Source: Alphaproteobacteria bacterium
Lineage (GTDB): Bacteria; Pseudomonadota; Alphaproteobacteria; JAEUKQ01
Length of the DNA: 64,000 nucleotides
NCBI GenBank assembly: GCA_044227605.1
Contig: JBGAWJ010000001.1
Span: 4,404 to 68,403, forward strand
Reading direction: 5' to 3'
The notes beneath the pieces are model-generated. The model worked only from the letters and a program-made list of their open reading frames with translations. It did no database searches and was not told where the DNA came from. The translations under genes were made by a program, and so were the position numbers. Shown here in pieces: positions 61,591-64,000 of the stretch (the first letter of the stretch is position 1; each line of letters starts with the position of its first letter).

Positions 61591-61778
61591 AGATGATTTT
61601 TTTCTTTCTTGATATAAAAGAAAAACCCCGATCACCCTTCAATTATGGGTTGTGTTGTTGGGTAGTTTGATCAAGAATTATCACGTGAAAACAAGGATGA
61701 TTAATCCCCTTGATTCTGCTATCAAAAGCTTGCGCATCTTTAAAAGAAAACCCCCTTTTGTGGTGAAGAATAAGCGTC

Positions 61779-64000
61779 ATGGTTGACTCAGATCATAAAA
61801 ATCCTACCACCCCGGCTTTGGCCCAATATCTGGATATTAAAAACCAGCATCAGGATAGTTTGGTATTTTATCGCTTGGGTGATTTTTATGAATTGTTTTT
61901 TGAAGATGCCATTCAAGCATCTAAAATTTTAGGCTTGGTGTTAACGAAAAGGGGCCAATATCAGGGACAGGACGTCCCTATGTGCGGGGTGCCTGCCCAT
62001 GCGGCTGAAAATTATTTGGCAAAATTAATTCAAAACGGTCGCAAGGTTGCTATTTGCGAACAAATGGAAGAGGCTGAGCAAGTTAAAAAAAGAGAGGGTA
62101 AAAACATCATCCAACGCCGGGTTGTACGAATTATGACGCCTGGGACTCTGACGGAAGAAAACTTATTAAACAACAAAAGATATAATTATTTGGCTGCTTT
62201 ATGTATAGAAAATGGGTTGATGGCGGGGGCTTGGATCGATTTGTCAACCGCTGATTTTTATACCGCCGAAATACCCATGGGCCAATTATTATCGTGGCTT
62301 GAGCGCTTATCCCCCAGGGAATTACTGATATCCGATGAAAATGCGGAAATGGTGATCAGCACTTTATTGCCGGAGTGGCGTAAAATCGTCTCTATTCGTC
62401 CCCAAGATCGGTTTGATCCTAAGGGTGCTAGGCAACGCTTGCAGAAAGTCTATGATATTCAATCTTTAGAAGGATTGGGGTCGTTCAATCCGAATGAAAT
62501 TGCGGCCGCAGGGGCCTTAATGGAATATATTGAATTGACCCAACAGGGCAGAATTCCTTTATTAAAACCCTTAAAGCGGGTGTTCGGCAACGAGATCATG
62601 GAAATAGATGCCTTCACGTGGCGTAGTTTGGAAATTGACCGCACCCAATCCAATCATTATGAGGGTAGTTTGCTGCAAGTGATCGACCGTACCAGCAGCG
62701 CGGCGGGATCACGTTCTTTATCAGCTTGGCTGGCCTATCCCTTGACAGACACAGCCAAAATCATCAGCCGGCAAGAAATGGTTGAATTTCTGGTCATTCA
62801 AGGACAAGCAAGGATCGACACCCAAAAGAAACTGGCTAAAATACCGGATTTGCAACGGGCTTTATCTAGGCTGATGATGGGGCGGGGCAGTCCCAGGGAT
62901 TTGGGGGCAATTCATTCGGGCTTGCAACAGGCAACGGCTATTAAAGAAAATCTTTCCCCGATATCGATGTTGCCCAAGGCTTTTAAAGGGTTGTTGGCGG
63001 AGCTTGGTTATCATCAACCGTTGATTGAGCGGCTTGCTAAAGCGCTGACAACCACTTTGCCCTTAGATGCCAAAGAAGGGGGGTTTATTGTTGCCGGATA
63101 TCATCAGGAATTAGATAAATGGCGTCATTTGAGGGATGATTCGCGCCAGGAAATTGCGGTTCTGGAAAACCAATATCGTGGGTTGACCGGCCTAACTAGC
63201 CTGAAAATCAAATATAACAATATTTTAGGGTATTATATCGAAACCACCACCGCCCAATCGCCGAAATTATTTGATTACCCGGATAAAACTTTTATTCACC
63301 GGCAGACAATGGCTGGTGCTGTCCGTTTCGTAACCACCGTGCTGAGTGAGTTGCAGCAGAAAATTTTTCAAGCCGCCGATAAAGCCTTAGCGTTGGAATT
63401 ATTGTTGTTCCAAGATTTGGTACAAGAAGTTAAGACGCAAGCGGCGATGATCCAGAAAACAGCCGATGCTTTGGCGCATATCGATGTCATTGCTGCCCTT
63501 GCCGTGCTTGCGGTGGAACAGGGTTATTGTCGCCCGCTGGTCGATCATAGCCTGCATTTTGATATCAAAGGGGGACGTCATCCGGTTGTTGAATATGCTT
63601 TGATGAAGGAGAGTAAATCCTTCATTGCCAATGATTGCAACCTAAGTGCCGGGCAACAATTATGGCTGATTACCGGACCCAATATGGCTGGCAAATCAAC
63701 GTATTTGCGGCAAAATGCCTTGATTGCTATTTTGGCACAAATTGGCTCATTTGTACCAGCCATGCAGGCAAAAATCGGTGTTGTCGATAAATTGTTCAGC
63801 CGGGTTGGTGCAGCGGATGATTTGGCTCGCGGCCAATCAACCTTTATGGTGGAGATGTTGGAGACGGCTGCCATCCTTAACCAGGCGACCGACCGTTCTT
63901 TGGTTATTTTGGATGAAATTGGCCGCGGCACCTCAACTTTTGATGGGTTGGCGATTGCTTGGGCGGTTTTGGAACATCTGCATGATACGCTTAAAAGCCG
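61779..64000 (+). CDS. mutS: DNA mismatch repair protein MutS (5' partial, continues beyond the window)
   Basis: The N-terminal mismatch-binding domain reads TPALAQYLDIKNQHQDSLVFYRLGDFYELFFEDA, and the Walker A GPNMAGKST lies near 63680. No stop codon occurs before the window end. Confidence 0.9.
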   Translation, partial: MVDSDHKNPTTPALAQYLDIKNQHQDSLVFYRLGDFYELFFEDAIQASKILGLVLTKRGQYQGQDVPMCGVPAHAAENYLAKLIQNGRKVAICEQMEEAEQVKKREGKNIIQRRVVRIMTPGTLTEENLLNNKRYNYLAALCIENGLMAGAWIDLSTADFYTAEIPMGQLLSWLERLSPRELLISDENAEMVISTLLPEWRKIVSIRPQDRFDPKGARQRLQKVYDIQSLEGLGSFNPNEIAAAGALMEYIELTQQGRIPLLKPLKRVFGNEIMEIDAFTWRSLEIDRTQSNHYEGSLLQVIDRTSSAAGSRSLSAWLAYPLTDTAKIISRQEMVEFLVIQGQARIDTQKKLAKIPDLQRALSRLMMGRGSPRDLGAIHSGLQQATAIKENLSPISMLPKAFKGLLAELGYHQPLIERLAKALTTTLPLDAKEGGFIVAGYHQELDKWRHLRDDSRQEIAVLENQYRGLTGLTSLKIKYNNILGYYIETTTAQSPKLFDYPDKTFIHRQTMAGAVRFVTTVLSELQQKIFQAADKALALELLLFQDLVQEVKTQAAMIQKTADALAHIDVIAALAVLAVEQGYCRPLVDHSLHFDIKGGRHPVVEYALMKESKSFIANDCNLSAGQQLWLITGPNMAGKSTYLRQNALIAILAQIGSFVPAMQAKIGVVDKLFSRVGAADDLARGQSTFMVEMLETAAILNQATDRSLVILDEIGRGTSTFDGLAIAWAVLEHLHDTLKS

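Noticed and set aside
1-64000. tRNA, rRNA, tmRNA, RNase P, SRP RNA, CRISPR repeats, and IS, transposase or integrase genes
   Set aside because: I scanned for the conserved cores of these RNAs, for regularly spaced direct repeats, and for transposase or integrase ORFs. None was found. The window looks like uninterrupted core chromosome.

Overview
This window reads as an origin-proximal segment of core chromosome from a moderately AT-rich alphaproteobacterium. I did not compute GC content, and no database search was possible, so taxonomy is inferred only from gene order and protein motifs. Nearly all of it is housekeeping DNA in highly conserved synteny.

The main clusters, left to right:
- An amidotransferase and xth, an OmpR-type regulator divergent from an extended RibA, YggS, and a porin.
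- A DUF3576 lipoprotein followed by leuS-lptE-holA.
- A roughly 0.8-kb ORF-free spacer carrying a parS site.
- A 13-gene minus-strand block: hemE-hemH-hemJ, rho, two small ORFs, then mnmE-mnmG-rsmG-parA-parB.
- An AT-rich hemE-maf intergenic region with DnaA boxes. I interpret it as the chromosomal replication origin, and gene orientation flips exactly there.
- Further right: maf-coaE-dnaQ, secB with a Tim44-like gene, mltA-smr, a GST, and hslVU driven by a sigma-32-type promoter.
- Then HIT, comM, gshB, rsmI-yraN, hemW-rdgB-rph, and a contiguous hrcA-grpE-dnaK-dnaJ-nth block.
- Then a bactofilin plus lipoprotein pair, typA, ampG, and a complete phoR-pstSCAB-phoU-phoB locus with a textbook Pho box.
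- Finally an orphan secreted protein and the 5' two-thirds of mutS.

I found no rRNA, tRNA, CRISPR array, transposase or integrase, and no obvious defence or toxin-antitoxin module.

The features not covered by the ORF track are regulatory or structural. They are the oriC candidate, two identical near-consensus parS 16-mers flanking parAB (one inside the rsmG coding sequence), sigma-32 promoters, the Pho box, and several start-codon corrections (hslV TTG start, pstS, parA, leuS, rph, hemJ, mltA).

I see no clear evidence of a genuinely novel multi-gene system. The best candidates for uncharacterised biology are the small ORF pair inserted between rho and mnmE, the bactofilin-lipoprotein operon, the orphan secreted protein upstream of mutS, and the unusually long gene-free parB-holA spacer.
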